A stretch of DNA of 64,000 bases. Origin: Callorhinchus milii (taxonomy: Eukaryota). Within the stretch, counting starts at the first letter, position 1. Each line of letters begins with the position of its first letter. The stretch lies in assembly GCF_018977255.1 (NCBI RefSeq), contig NW_024704742.1:98644001-98708000 (forward strand), in the 5' to 3' direction. The notes below the pieces were generated by a model that was given only the letters and a program-made list of their open reading frames with translations, made no database searches and was not told the DNA's origin. Position numbers and translations under genes: made by a program. Shown piece after piece: positions 1 through 12,229 of the stretch.

Positions 1-3000
1 CCTCCGCCGGGCCCATCGTGGCTCCCGGCACTGGCTGTCCCAGAGCAGCAAACCCACGTGTCCAATCATTCACTCCCTCCGCTCAAACCGCCTCCTTAAG
101 GCAAAGCCAACTTCCCCCTCACTCATACATACCCTCCCCAACTCTCCACTCACACCACTCTCCACAACCATCTCTTCTGTACACCCCAAAAACCTCTCCG
201 CACCACTCTCTCCTCCCTCCTGCAAACCCACCTGCATTTCCCTCCAAAATGTCCGTTCCCTCTCAAATAAAGCCCTCACCATCCACAACTTCATCCTGGA
301 CGAGCACTTTGACATTCTTGGGCTCACCAAAACCTGGCTCTCCCCCAATGACCCTGTCCCCCTAGTGGAAGTCTCCCCTCCAGGCTACACCTTCCACCAC
401 ACCCCCAGTCCAAACCAACATGGCGGCGGGGTGGCCTTCATTTCCAAAGCCTCCCGTGGTCTTATCCCCTACTCCTCTGGCAGCTTCCCCTCCTTCGAGC
501 ACCTCACCCTCTTCCACCGCTCTCTCCCATTGAAAATCCTCCTTTTCTACCGCCCCCTAAGCACCCCCGGCTCCTTCCACACAGACATCTCTACTCTCCT
601 CTCTTCTCTGTCCCTCTGCTCCGAGCGCCTGCTCATAATGGGCGATTTCAACCTCCACCTAAACTCCCCTTGCACTACTTCTGCTGATTTCACTGCCCTC
701 CTCCCTAAACCTCACCCTTCATATAAACTCACCTACACACAACTGTGGTCATGCACTTGACCTCGTCATCACCCACGGCCTTGACGTTTCCGACCTCAGC
801 ATAGTGGACAAGGCCATCTCGGATCACTTCCTCATCTCCTTCCCCTCTCACATCCCTCCTCCACCAAGCCCTCAACCTTCCTCTACCGCCCTTGGAAAAG
901 GCTACCCCCTGAGACCCTCACAAAGGCCTCTCATCATCAAACATCCTATCCGTCGGGCCTTCCATCCGCGGAGATCCTGAAGCAGCCGTCCAGCTGCTCC
1001 TTGATCACCTCTGCTCCACCTTCAACTCCCTCGTGCCTCTGAAATCCATCTCTAAACCCACCCGATCCCCCTGGTGCAACAACCATGTCCGCCGTCAAAA
1101 AACCCAAACCCAGCTGCTCGAGTGCAGATGGCAGAAAACTGGCCTGACAGTTCACCGCCAACTGTGGCTCGAGCAGCTCCACAGCTATTGTCATTCTTTG
1201 ACATGCACAAAAACGGCCTTCTACTCCAACATCATCTTAGAGGCTAAACACAACCCTAAAATCCTTTTTTCCACCACCCACTACCTCCTCCATGCCCCCC
1301 CTCAGGCCTCCTCAATCTTCAAATCAAATGCGAAGTGCGAGAAGGTCATGTACTTATTTTCATTTAAAATACATAACATCCACCAGGCAGCTTCATCCAC
1401 CTGGCCCTTGTCACCCGGCACCACGCCCTCTCTGTACCCCTCACCTTCCTCATCATCTGCTCCTATCACCACCTCCATTCTATATTCCTTCCTCCCCATC
1501 TCTCCCTCCTCCCTGTCACCCACCATCACCTCTATGAAACCCACCACCTGCTGCCTCGAGCCCTCCTCACCAACTTGCTGGTCACCCAGCTCCCTCTCCT
1601 CTTCCCACTATTGGCTGACATCATCAAACAGTCCCTCTCCTCCGGATCAGTCCCTGCCTCCCTCAAAACTGCTGTCATCACCCCCCTCCTCAAAAAACCT
1701 TCCCTAGATCCCTCAAACCCCAGCCACTATCGCCCTATTTCTAACCTGCCCTTCCTCGCAAAAGTCCTAGAATGCATTTTTGCGCACACCTCTCCTCCCA
1801 CTCCATCTTCAAACCCCTCCAGTCCGGTTTCCGCCCACAGTACAGAGACTGCGTTTGTGAAAGTCATAAACGACATCCTCTCTATCTGTGACCAGGGCTC
1901 CCTCTGCCTCTTTGTCCTACTGGACACCTCTCCGCCGCCTTCGACACAGTCCATCATGCCATCGTCCTCCACCGTCTGTCCTCCGTCATCCACCTCAATG
2001 GGACCGCACTTGCCTGGTTCGAGTCCTACTTCACAAACTGCCAGCAGTATAACTGCACAAATGGCTTCTACTCCTGCTCTCACCCGGTCACCTGCGGGAT
2101 ACCCCAAGGATCCATCCTTGGCCCCCTTCTCTTTCTGATCTACATGCTCCCTCTTGGGGATGTCATCCGCAGACATGGAATACATTTTCACATGTATGCG
2201 GACGACACCCAACTTTATTTATCCACCTCTCTTTGCGACCCCCAGTCCCCTGACGTTCTGTCAGGCTGCCTGTCAGACCTCAGGGGCTGGATGAGCGCAA
2301 ACTTTCTTCAGCTGAACGTTGACAAGAAGGAAGCCATACTCTTTGGCGCTCGTCAACGTCTAAAATCTCATGGTTCTCACCTCCTCCACCTATCCGACCT
2401 CCCCTTAAAACTCTCCGAACCCGTACACAACCTAGGCGTCAGGTTCGACCCCCAATTATCCTTCCTCCCCCACATCCAGTCCCTCACCAGCACCGGTTTC
2501 TTCCACCTCCGACGCATCGCCCATCTCTGCCAATATCTCTCTCCGAAAGCCGCTGAAACCGTGGTCCATGCCTTTGCCATCTCTCGGCTGGACTATTCTA
2601 ACACCCTCCTCGCCGGCCTCCCCTCCACTACCATCCACAAAATCCAGATCATTCAAAACTCTCCCGCCCGCATTCTCACCCGCACGAAACTCCGCTCCCC
2701 GGTCACCCCAGTCCTTGCCAGACTGCACTGGCTGCCTGTCCCAGAGAGGATCGACTTCAAGATCCTCACCCTTGTCTTCAAATCCCTCCACTCCTCTGCA
2801 ACCCCCTACCTCTCTGACCTCCTCTCTCCTCAAAACAGTGCCCGTTGCCTTCGTTCCTCTGGGTCTGGCCTCCTCCTTGTCCCCCGAGTCCTCCGCTCCA
2901 CCCTCGGCGGCCGTGCCTTCAGCCACTATGCCCCAAGGCTCTGGAACTCCCTTCCTCACTCCCTTCGCCTCGCCCCCTCTCTTCCTATTTTCAGGTCTCT

Positions 3001-3138
3001 GCTGAAGACCTTTCTTTTCGACCCCGCCTTTGGTCACCTTCCTCCCCCTCGCTCAGCCCCGGGATCTGTTACTGTGAAGTGCTCTGAGACGCCGTCCGGC
3101 ATGGAGGGCAGTATATAAATAATAAAATTGTTGTTGTA
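1..3138 (+). mobile_element. L2-clade LINE, degenerate ORF2 (APE endonuclease + RT) with 3' tail; 5' end runs off the window
   Basis: Frameshifted ORFs with GGGVAFI, YRP, IMGDFNLHL (EN), YRPISNLPFLAKVLE, HSTETA, HMYADDTQLY and SRLDYSN/LHWLPV (L2 RT C-terminus); ends with a (TGT)n tail at ~3128-3138. Confidence 0.93.
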
Positions 3139-3640
3139 ATTTTGAGATTATGCCCCCTTGTTCTGGATTCCCCACCAGAGAAAATAGTTTCTCTGTATCT
3201 AGCCTATCAAACTTCTTTATTATTTTAAACATCCTCAAATAGATCACCTCTCAAACTTCTAAACTCGAGGGAATACAGACCAAGTTTATGTAACCTGTCC
3301 TCATAATTTAACCGTTTAAGGCCCAGTATCATTCTGGTGATTCTGCACTGCACCCCCTCTAAAGCCAATATATCCTTCCTGAGGTGCAGTGCCCAAACCT
3401 GAATGCAGAACTCCAAATGGAGTCTGACCAAGGCTCTGTACAGCAGAAGCATCATTTCCTCTCCTTTATATTCCAGGCCCCTTGACAAGAAGTCCAACAT
3501 CCCATTAGCCTTTTTGATAACGTTTTGTACCTGTGAGCTTGTTTTTAGTGATTTGTGTACGTGGATTTGTGTATTGTGAAATCTCTTTCATATATTGTGA
3601 AATCCTCCACAATTTTTAGTTTCTCATCATTTTGAAAATA
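3139..3640 (-). mobile_element. CR1 LINE 3' ORF2 fragment
   Basis: ORFs 3225..3500 (LYRALVRLHLEFCIQVW, LGLYSLE, LRGDL) and 3053..3247 match the CR1 RT C-terminus. Confidence 0.9.
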
Positions 3641-4229
3641 TTCTAAAATATTCTAATAGTATGTGTGAAGCAGGGTATTTGGAGTGAGAGAAAGTTAACA
3701 AAAATTGGATGGATGGGGAAAAATTAAAATGTTATTGAGTTGTTACATAACTAAACATATCTTAAGGTATTTAAAATCTCATGCCCAATGTCAAATCATT
3801 AAAGTGAAGAGCAAACCTGTCCTAAGGGAATAGAAATGTTGGAATAGATAAAAATGATGGCAGTTGTCTGAACCGGAGAATCTCATGATTAAATATAATT
3901 AATCTGGTGTTCGCATTTTAAAAAGCTGTGACTACATTTTTACAACAGTGTCATAAGTTTTCAATTGCTCAACTTTGTTTTAGACTTGTCATATCAACAT
4001 TGCAGGGGGAACTGATACAGGATAAGCAATTTCCAGGCAAATTCCTAACATAAGCAAATTGTTGCAAAGTTTATATCTTTTCCTGAGAGAAATTATTTAT
4101 ATTGCTACAGCCAACTTCACAGGTATCCTTGTATGAAGTCTTTTTAATGTTTTTTTCATGACCTATTGCAGATGATAGGATGCATTAACACGCATTACAT
4201 TGGTGCCATAGCTTCACCAATTTCTTCCC

Positions 4230-5160
4230 ACCCCTCGCCAGTTTCATTCCTTTCCTTCCTACTTTTCTGGAAACATTTGACTCCCCTTTCCTTCTACTGA
4301 GGTACATTAACAGTCTCTCTGTCATACATCGTTACTCCAGTGGTTATTATTCTTGTGAACCCTGGCAGTGAGGAATATAATAATAACAAAAAAAAATCCT
4401 TGCATTTGATTTAGCGCCTTATCATTCAACTATGCCATCGGCCACCCACTTCCCCTCCCTTCCCCCCCCCAACCCCAGCTTGGGTCTGAAATGCTGTACT
4501 CTGTCCAGCGCCTTGGGACATCCTCCCGACGTGAAAGGTGCTATACAAATGTAATCTTGTTGTTGTTGATGTTGTTATCATGTCTTCAAGATATCTCAAA
4601 GTGCTTCACAAAATTTACTGTAAAGTAAATTGACGGTTTGTTTTGTTGGTGAAACGCAGCAAACAATTGCGCACAGCAGTGTTTCACAAACAGTCATGGA
4701 TTGAGTGACCAAATTTTATTTATTTATCTATTTATTTATTTGAAGGGATTATTACCCGCGGAAAAGTGACTGGCCAATCGACTAACAACCAGTTACCTAA
4801 TTACTGATAGGTAAGCCGAGGTGTGTGGAGTAAGGAAACTTGTCCAGTGTTTCGCTCTGCCCGGGAATCGAACCCAGGTTCTCTAGCTTACGAGGCAAGT
4901 GCTCTAACCAATGCGCTACAGGACTCCACTAAGCAATTAAAGGGAAACATCCAGTCAAATCCAATCCTTTTCGATCTCAACACGATCTTGCAGGAGGTAT
5001 GGAAATCCTGGCTGATCTTTCCCCTCCTCAAGAAAAGGGATACCTCAATTGCTGCCCTTGCTGACGTTTAATAACTCAGCAAAGATCAAGGATTGAGCCA
5101 AGTATCTTCCCAGTGTGTACAGTGCAGTGACTCACTGGATAAACTCACAGTCATTTGGGG
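4230..5160 (-). mobile_element. Old LF-SINE-like element split in two (~4230-4373 and ~4931-5160) by a younger SINE
   Basis: Degenerate reverse-strand resemblance to LF-SINE as recalled (aatcctggctgatctttcccctcc, caattgctgccc, aactcagcaaagatcaaggattgagcc); similar to copies near 8740, 53640 and 59700. Confidence 0.5.
4378..4929 (-). mobile_element. tRNA-headed SINE (long variant) with a + strand L2 3'-tail fragment (~4430-4570) nested in its tail
   Basis: Reverse head gtggagtcctgtagcgcattggttagagc...gggttcgattcccggg (A/B boxes); tail atcaaatgcaagga; nested tgtccagcgccttgggacatcctcccgacgtgaaagg...(tgt)n. Confidence 0.85.
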
Positions 5161-6283
5161 CAGCTGCTTCGCCCACCAATATTCACCATTGTACTTCTGC
5201 ATCATAATAAAGAAAATGTGTATAATGCCCACCAAATATTAAAATGTACGAATGCAGTAATAGTCAAAATAGCATTGTGCACAGTAAATTGGCATGATAA
5301 TAATTTGTTTCTAAAGACAGAATGCATGCACTTATAGAGAAATATTGGCACAGCACCACAGTTTTGAAATAATCAAATGAAAATACAAGTACAGCAGATA
5401 CCAGTTAATGGGAAATGTGTCCTTGAAAGGGACATTTGTTTCAGAAGCAAATGATTAAATCTCCATACACGCAAAGGAAAGCACCTGCTTCAGGATATAT
5501 GCTACTGCAGGAAGGACCACCTACTGTTTCTCCACACTGGGGCACAGTCCATTAAAGATGACTGAATCCTGAATTCATTTGAAAATAATTGAGGGAAACT
5601 CTTCTCTGCCTGTTGGCTATGAGGGTCTATGTTCAAGTGGATTTTGCAGTCCCACCAGAACAATGTGAACCTGACCTAAAATGACAGCCTGGCTCTACAA
5701 GGGCAAAAGAGTTTCTATAAAGAATCCCAGGATCCAGCATTTCTATTGTTCTATGTCTTATGACCATTGCCTTAAAATTTAAGATCATGCAGAAATTTGA
5801 AAAAAATCTTAATTTTGTTTCTGAATTTGGAAGCTGGAGTTGGAAGCCAGTTTTCAGCAGCTCCTAAAAAGACTTCTTAAGAGCATATGAGGAATTTTGG
5901 GCCTCTGGTGTGGGAAATGGAAAGTGTTAATGGTGCAGAATGGGGAACTCTTCTGAGTCGATGATTTATTTACATCTAACCACACATTGCTCGACTTGGG
6001 AGTGCTTTCTGCGTTCACCAGTTTCAGATTGAGAAAGAATCCCATTCTGCACATTATTGGCCCTCACTTCAATGAGTACAAGATTCATAAATGTAACTCT
6101 CTCGCACAACAGTGACTGTTCAAGCTCACGCATGCAGTGTCATCACTTCAGTGACATTCTGGAAGCTCTTTCCACCTGTTATGGTCACCAATCTTTAGGA
6201 CAGCAAGGTTATGGAGCAACCTGGACTTATAGTTGTGCTTGTTAAGTATTTTAGTGACCAAATAATGGGACTTTTGGAAAAAA

Positions 6284-6340
6284 TTATATATATATGTTAG
6301 ATATAATATATATATAATTATATATATGTATGTATATATA
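6284..6340. repeat. Imperfect (TA)n microsatellite
   Basis: Direct reading: interrupted tatatata runs. Confidence 0.8.
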
Positions 6341-6439
6341 AAACATTCACAGTATTTTCTATTTAATTCACATTTCACAACGATCAAGGTGATCAATAAA
6401 TGAAAATTAACTAGTTCCTTATTACTCCCTTGTTCCCTT

Positions 6440-6848
6440 ATTCACTCTGGAACTCCATCCCACAGTCTCTTCGCATCGCTTCCTCCCTTGCTTCCTTCGA
6501 GGCCGGTCTCAAGACTCTCCTCTTCGATCATGCCTTCGGTTGCCCTCCCACCTCTCCACCTTCCCTCATCCCTACCCTCCCCTCCCCCATGCTCGGGCCC
6601 CGACACCTGACTGTCCAGCGCTTTGGGACGTCCTCCCGATGTGAAAGGCGCTCTATAAATGTAATTTGCTGGTCAGAGAGGTAGAAGGGGGCAAGGCCAT
6701 GGATGATGGATGGCCTTGAAAATGAAGATGAGGATTTTGAATTCTATCCTCTGAGGGATGGGGAGCCAGTGGAGCCAGGCGAGGGTGGGGTTGATGGGGT
6801 CACAGAGCCTGGTGGGGGAGAGGACACGAGCTGCAGAGTTCTGAATGA
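6440..6848. mobile_element. Two abutting L2 3' fragments in opposite orientation (+ ~6440-6668, - ~6669-6848)
   Basis: + part encodes LWNSIPQSLR...LKTLLF and carries the L2 tail; the - part is the reverse of the LHWLPIPQRIEFKIL segment. Confidence 0.85.
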
Positions 6849-8279
6849 TCACAACAGTAAACCCACACAGCTAGAGGTACTTCATTATGCAAATAGATCT
6901 ATAGATCTAAGCAATCTAAAATAATCTAATTCCAGAATCTAAACAAGGTTCAAAAAACATTTTGGTCCTTCAGTCTTTTTCTGTCGCTTTGTTACATATA
7001 TAATAAAAGGAACAAACACACAGACATTCAATTCAACACTTCTGACAGTGTGAATGATTAAATGAGATAAACAGCAATTGTTTTCCCAGATGTGAATCAC
7101 ACTCTTCATCCAGAATATATTAACTTCTCTATATACTGTATCTATATTCTGTACTTTACATAGCATAATTTTGGGGAGACTGTAATTGAGAAAGGAAGAC
7201 AAATGGATAATAATTTAGCTTACTTAAATTAGTAGTTGCACTATCAGCAAAGCTGGAAAACAATGAATTGTATTTTCCCTATCGCGCATTACTAATAACT
7301 TGAGCCCTGTGAAAATCTTCAGAAAAAAGGAACTTTCATCCCAGTCGGGATTGGATTCAAGATGGGCAGCAGAGGTCAAAGGGCAATGGTCTAATACATT
7401 CAGTCCTCTGAGGCTCTTTTTTAAAAAAAGTAGCTACTTAATAGGAATGATTAGTTCAGAATAATATGATGGTTAAGAAATAATGTGAGAATTCGTTGGT
7501 CAAATTCCACACTTCTAATCAATATTTAAAACATTCTAAAACATGTTAACCTTCTCCCTTACTTACAGACTCTGGCCTATATTATCAATGATAATAACCT
7601 TTACATTTGATGCAGAGCTTTTCATGTCAGGACAACAAATCAAAGTGCTTCACTGGGTTCTTTGGGGTTGTGCATTTTTGCAGTGAATGTGGAAGCCAAT
7701 TTGCATTGCATTGTCCCACCAACAGCCATATAATGAATTTCTATTTATTTGAAGTATCATGGCATATCACACGAATAATGATAATAATCTATATCCAATA
7801 TATCCTATATCTTTGCATTTGATATAGCGCTTTTCACATCTTCTGGACATCTCAAAGCACTTCACAGAATATTCTGTAAAGTGAATTGACTATATATTTG
7901 TGGACAACCTGGTCACATATGCTTTGTTTCCAACAAAAACTTGTCCAAACTCTGAAAACTGCTTCATAAGTCTCACACATATGCTGACGCCTGGTGTGAT
8001 ATGAAAGATCAAAACACTTTTCTGAACTTGTTTATCATCCTGGGCATCAACTTTGATGCAACGTGTGACCTATTGGAGTTGTCTGCAAATATGAGTGACT
8101 TTTCGATATTCTTATATTAACTCCTTTTCCTCTCTCACTTTTTGGCCTTTTTTTGTTGGCATTTGTATTTCAAAGTCTTTCTTTGGTCTCATTTTTGAAA
8201 ACATGCATATTAAAGCAGCCTTTCAAACAGCCTTTCAAACAGCAAGAAAAAAGACAGTCTTGAGAGTAAATGCAGGTTT

Positions 8280-8560
8280 GTTTTGGTCAACAGGATATCT
8301 GACATATGGAAGCCTCTCACCATGCTTAAGAATATGCAAACCAGACTGAGGCACCGACATACCGTGGAATTTTTCCTGCATTTGGAATGGAATGTGCATT
8401 CACTGCCTGGAGGGACACACCCTGCTTACCTAATTCTGGAGAGTATTAAAGCGCAGGTTGGCGAAAGCCAGGTATTAGCACCAGATTGTGCGCTGGGGTA
8501 TAGCTGGAGTTTACCCAAATAGAACCGCATAGCTTGCCATTGAGAGCACTGCCTACCCAT
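8280..8560. repeat. Copy of an old unclassified interspersed repeat (other copies ~14815-14960, 32604-33155, 54400-54810, 63720-64000)
   Basis: Shared motifs ttttggtca..., ttggaatggaatg, cctgctta, gagtattaaa, gcatag(c/g)ttgccattga across copies in both orientations. Confidence 0.7.
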
Positions 8561-8739
8561 CATAGATCTCTTTCACCTTCCCTCTTGGCAAGTTCTATTC
8601 CACCTGTGGAGTTTACTTATTTCCTATTCTTGCTTCCTATAGGCAGTAGTTTGCATTTATCTGTATCGAACTTCATTTGCCGGTGTACAGCTGCACAGAT
8701 GCCAGGCCCTCTTCAGTCCTCAGCCCAACAAAAAAATAT

Positions 8740-8985
8740 TCACTTGTGAGCTGGCAAGTTATTCAACTCCAGGGATATGATATCTGAACCCAATCCTTTC
8801 CTCATCTGATAGCCACACCTTCCATCACAGGTCTGCAGATATCCATCAAGAGCAGAAACACTACTATTATTACAAGAACAACAACTGACTGTTGTTTTCC
8901 CTTAACAACACTAGTTAATTTTCCCTTACCCATTTCCAGGGGGATTCAAGCCAAATTGTGGTGCCCCAACTGCTGTCCCAGGTAA
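8740..8985 (-). mobile_element. LF-SINE-like fragment
   Basis: cccaatcctttcctcatctga...gccaaattgtggtgccccaactgctgtcccagg resembles the reverse LF-SINE body. Confidence 0.45.
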
Positions 8986-9081
8986 CAAAACCGACCAATC
9001 TAAATGATATGCTTTACGTTAAATTAAACAAATCAGTCGGCGATCAATATTTTCCACCACCAATATTTTGATACAACATAC

Positions 9082-9185
9082 CTTCCATCAGCTGGGAGTC
9101 ACGTTGAAACCAAAAGAGAAGAAATGTCTGGAAGATCAAGCTTCCAAGTCGCAGGATGAACAGGGCTTTAGTGAGTGAGAATGGA
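9082..9185 (-). CDS. MFSD3: MFSD3 coding exon 3 (104 nt): (N)PFSLTKALFILRLGSLIFQTFLLFWFQRDSQLME
   Basis: Acceptor ttcatttacag, donor G|gtatgt; phase 2 entry matches the previous exon; similar to human LRSVLRFRLGGLACQTAL segment. Confidence 0.88.
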
Positions 9186-11389
9186 CTGTAAATGAACACA
9201 AATTATGTTTAGGTAACCATAAATTATCCAAGGGACAGTAATTACTCACTTCTCTGGGATGTGCTGTATTAATCCAATGATCACCATCTATAAAAGAAAC
9301 ACTGCACGAGTACCTCAAGCACACACAATTTTATGGCAATGGCATTCTCAAGGAATCATAGAAAGTTCACAGCACAGAAAAGATATTCTGCCCATCATAT
9401 TTGTACTTGAGTTAACACCCCCTGCTGGAGGAGGGAGCTAGCACCAGGAGAGATATGATGGAATCTCATTCTCCATTACTGTTTAAAATTACTTTTCTGA
9501 TTTCGTTTTAAATGCTATGAGGGACTCAGCTTCAACAGTCATTTGTGTTAGGTATATAGAAATGACTAACAAATGGTTTCACCTTTGCATGACATAAAGC
9601 TTTCAGTTACATGAAGCACTGTCATTAACCTTTACAATGCATTAACATCACTCTACCACAATCCTTTTGACCTTTGTAATATGCGTGTAGAAATCCAAGC
9701 AAATAATACTTTACTATTATTTAGGATCTAGAAATACAAAAATTAAGGACTGCGGCTATTTCCACAGTGTCAAAAATCTTCACTAACAGCTCATTAATGC
9801 TGGTAGCAAACATGTCTAAAAACTAGAAGATGTGATTAAAGAAAGAATTTGCACTTTTATGGTGCTTTATAAATTGGAATGGCTCAAAGTGGGTTATCTG
9901 AATAATCCAAAGTGAAGCTCTTAGTTATCATCGCCTAGGATTCCTCTGTACAGACTTTTTTAAAGGCCTGGGACTGCATTAACTAAAACCAGATATCACT
10001 TGCTTTGTACTCAATTTCAAAAGCGATGGAGCCAAAGCAGCTTCAAGGTTTGGAAGGAACACAATTCCACGTGAAAAAAAATATTTTTATTAATTTTTTC
10101 TTAACCAGAACTTCCTGTAGATAAAGTTTTAGTGTTTTACAGAGAACGATTCATTATTTAGCTCGCTTGGAAACTTGCCACAACTTGATGCGAAACATAA
10201 GCCATCCCCAGTGTTACTCCAGCTAATTGATTCCTTGGAAGAACTTAAAGCACAGTGCATCCTCTGGGATGTACCTCCCATCAGTCTATCAACAAGATAG
10301 GCAGCACAAGTGGATAGTAATTAATAGCCAGCCAATGTTTTATTTACAGTTTAAAAATTTGCACTTGTCCCCTCAGAAGCATCACATTAGATAAAATTCT
10401 GATAACTATAAACAGGAAAAATACTGTGGAAAGTACAAAAGCCTGTGGGCAGAGTGCATAGAGCAGCTCAGGTTTAAGGGAAAAGAGCAAGAACTAGAAT
10501 ATTCTGTTACAGAAGTGGAATCTTGTATAAAAGGCGATCAGTTGTTAATTGGTGAAGCATATCAAATTGTACTGGAACATTGTCCAAATTTGCTTTTAGA
10601 AGCATGAAATTTAGTCAAATTAAGGAAAGAGTAAGACATTCTATCTGTCAAAAGAGTTAAACAAAAAAAGATGAATGGACAGGGGTTTCAGGTAAGCAAG
10701 ATTTCCCTTGCTCAAGCAACCTGGAATCTTGCAGTAAAAACTATGTTATATTAAAGATAAAATATTTGCCTGCTTGACCAAAATGTACATTTTTATAGTG
10801 ATTTGGGAACTCGATTTCCACACCTTTGTATTGAATTCTGTTACTTACAAATGTAAAGTGCTGTCAGAATCTTATGGTGGTAATAGCACTCTGTTTACAA
10901 ACTCCGAAAAATCCCATCTGCACAACAAATTACACGTGGTTTCCTCCAATATAACAGGACCAGGAAAATTACTGGATTGTATGATTAGGCTTTGGCTCAA
11001 GTAGGTACTGAAGCTAAGAAACTGTAACAACTTTTGAAAGGCGATTGGATAAATATTTGAAGAGAAATAATATAAAAGGCTATGGCTGAAAGAACACGGA
11101 AATGGGATTTGACTATACAGTGCCAATAGAGCATCACAGTCTCAATGATGCTATAATTACGACAAAGGCACCAAAACATTACAGGTTTTTACACAGAGTT
11201 CTATTTTCAATACATCAGTAATACTGCAATAACTAGGGATCAAACTGTATGTGCCATCGAGCAATGCAAATTGGTGACATACACCTGTACTGGCTTCACC
11301 CTCTGCTATGCAAGGTGCACTTAAACAGATATCTGTACATATTAAAATTCCTAGTAAGTTATCGCCAGTTCATTTCTTTATACAAAAAT

Positions 11390-11775
11390 AATTCTAATCC
11401 TAACATTTGATACAGCACCTTTCATATTGGCAACACGACTCAAAACACATCACAGGGTTTACCGTAAAGAGATTTGACTATGCATTTTGTAAGCAAACTT
11501 TGCAACCAATTTGTGCACATCAATGTCCTACAAATTTAGCCAAAAAGTGAATGACTAATTTTATCTGGGACGATTGCTGGCCAGGACATGAGGGGAAGCT
11601 CCCTGCTTTCTTCGAATAGTGCCATGGAATCTTTAACATACACCTGAACAGGCAGACAATTTAATAACTCATCTAAAAGATGGTTTAATGTCTCGTCTGA
11701 AAGACAACACCTCCGACAATGCAGCACTCTTCCAGCACTGCACTGGAGCATCAGTCTAGTTCGTGAGCTCAAAGT
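11390..11775 (-). mobile_element. Deu-domain SINE (SacSINE1/AmnSINE-like)
   Basis: Reverse of ...tgcattgtcggaggtg...ttcagacgagacattaaacc...gtctgcctgttcaggtg...ccatggcactattcgaagaa...gtcctggcca. Confidence 0.8.
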
Positions 11776-12229
11776 GAAGAGCCAGTGGGAGAACTGATTG
11801 TTTTTTCTGGAATTGAAGGGAGTTCAGACTCCATCCATTGAAACTTAAAAGTTCTGAAAAATGTGCTTTGTACCCAGTCAGTTACGTGAAAGCTGGTGTG
11901 AAGCTGATATAGTCTGAAACTATTCTCCATTGATAATGTAAATCTAGTTATATTACAGGATGTTCCATCAATTAAATGACTAAAGCTGAAGTGTAAAATA
12001 TATTTACCTAATTGATCACATTTACCATCTAGATTTAAAAACCTGTATCTTTTGACATTCCACAGTAATACATATAGGATAATGTACATTAAATACATCC
12101 ACAAGTAAACTATGGTCAGTACTCGAAATACAACCCGTAGCAAAACACTGCTATTACGACACCTGCTATACAAATACCTTCATCAGCACTCAAGGCATAT
12201 AATAACTACTGCACGTTCACTACTGAACA

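Noticed and set aside
18..3087. Pro/Ser-rich and Gly/Glu-rich ORFs overlapping L2 copies (also at 13-14, 21, 49 and 51 kb)
   Set aside because: Alternative-frame or antisense readings of C-rich L2 sequence
11769..12173. 134-aa hydrophobic minus-strand ORF considered as an MFSD3 exon
   Set aside because: No similarity to MFSD3; the true exon 3 was found at 9082-9185
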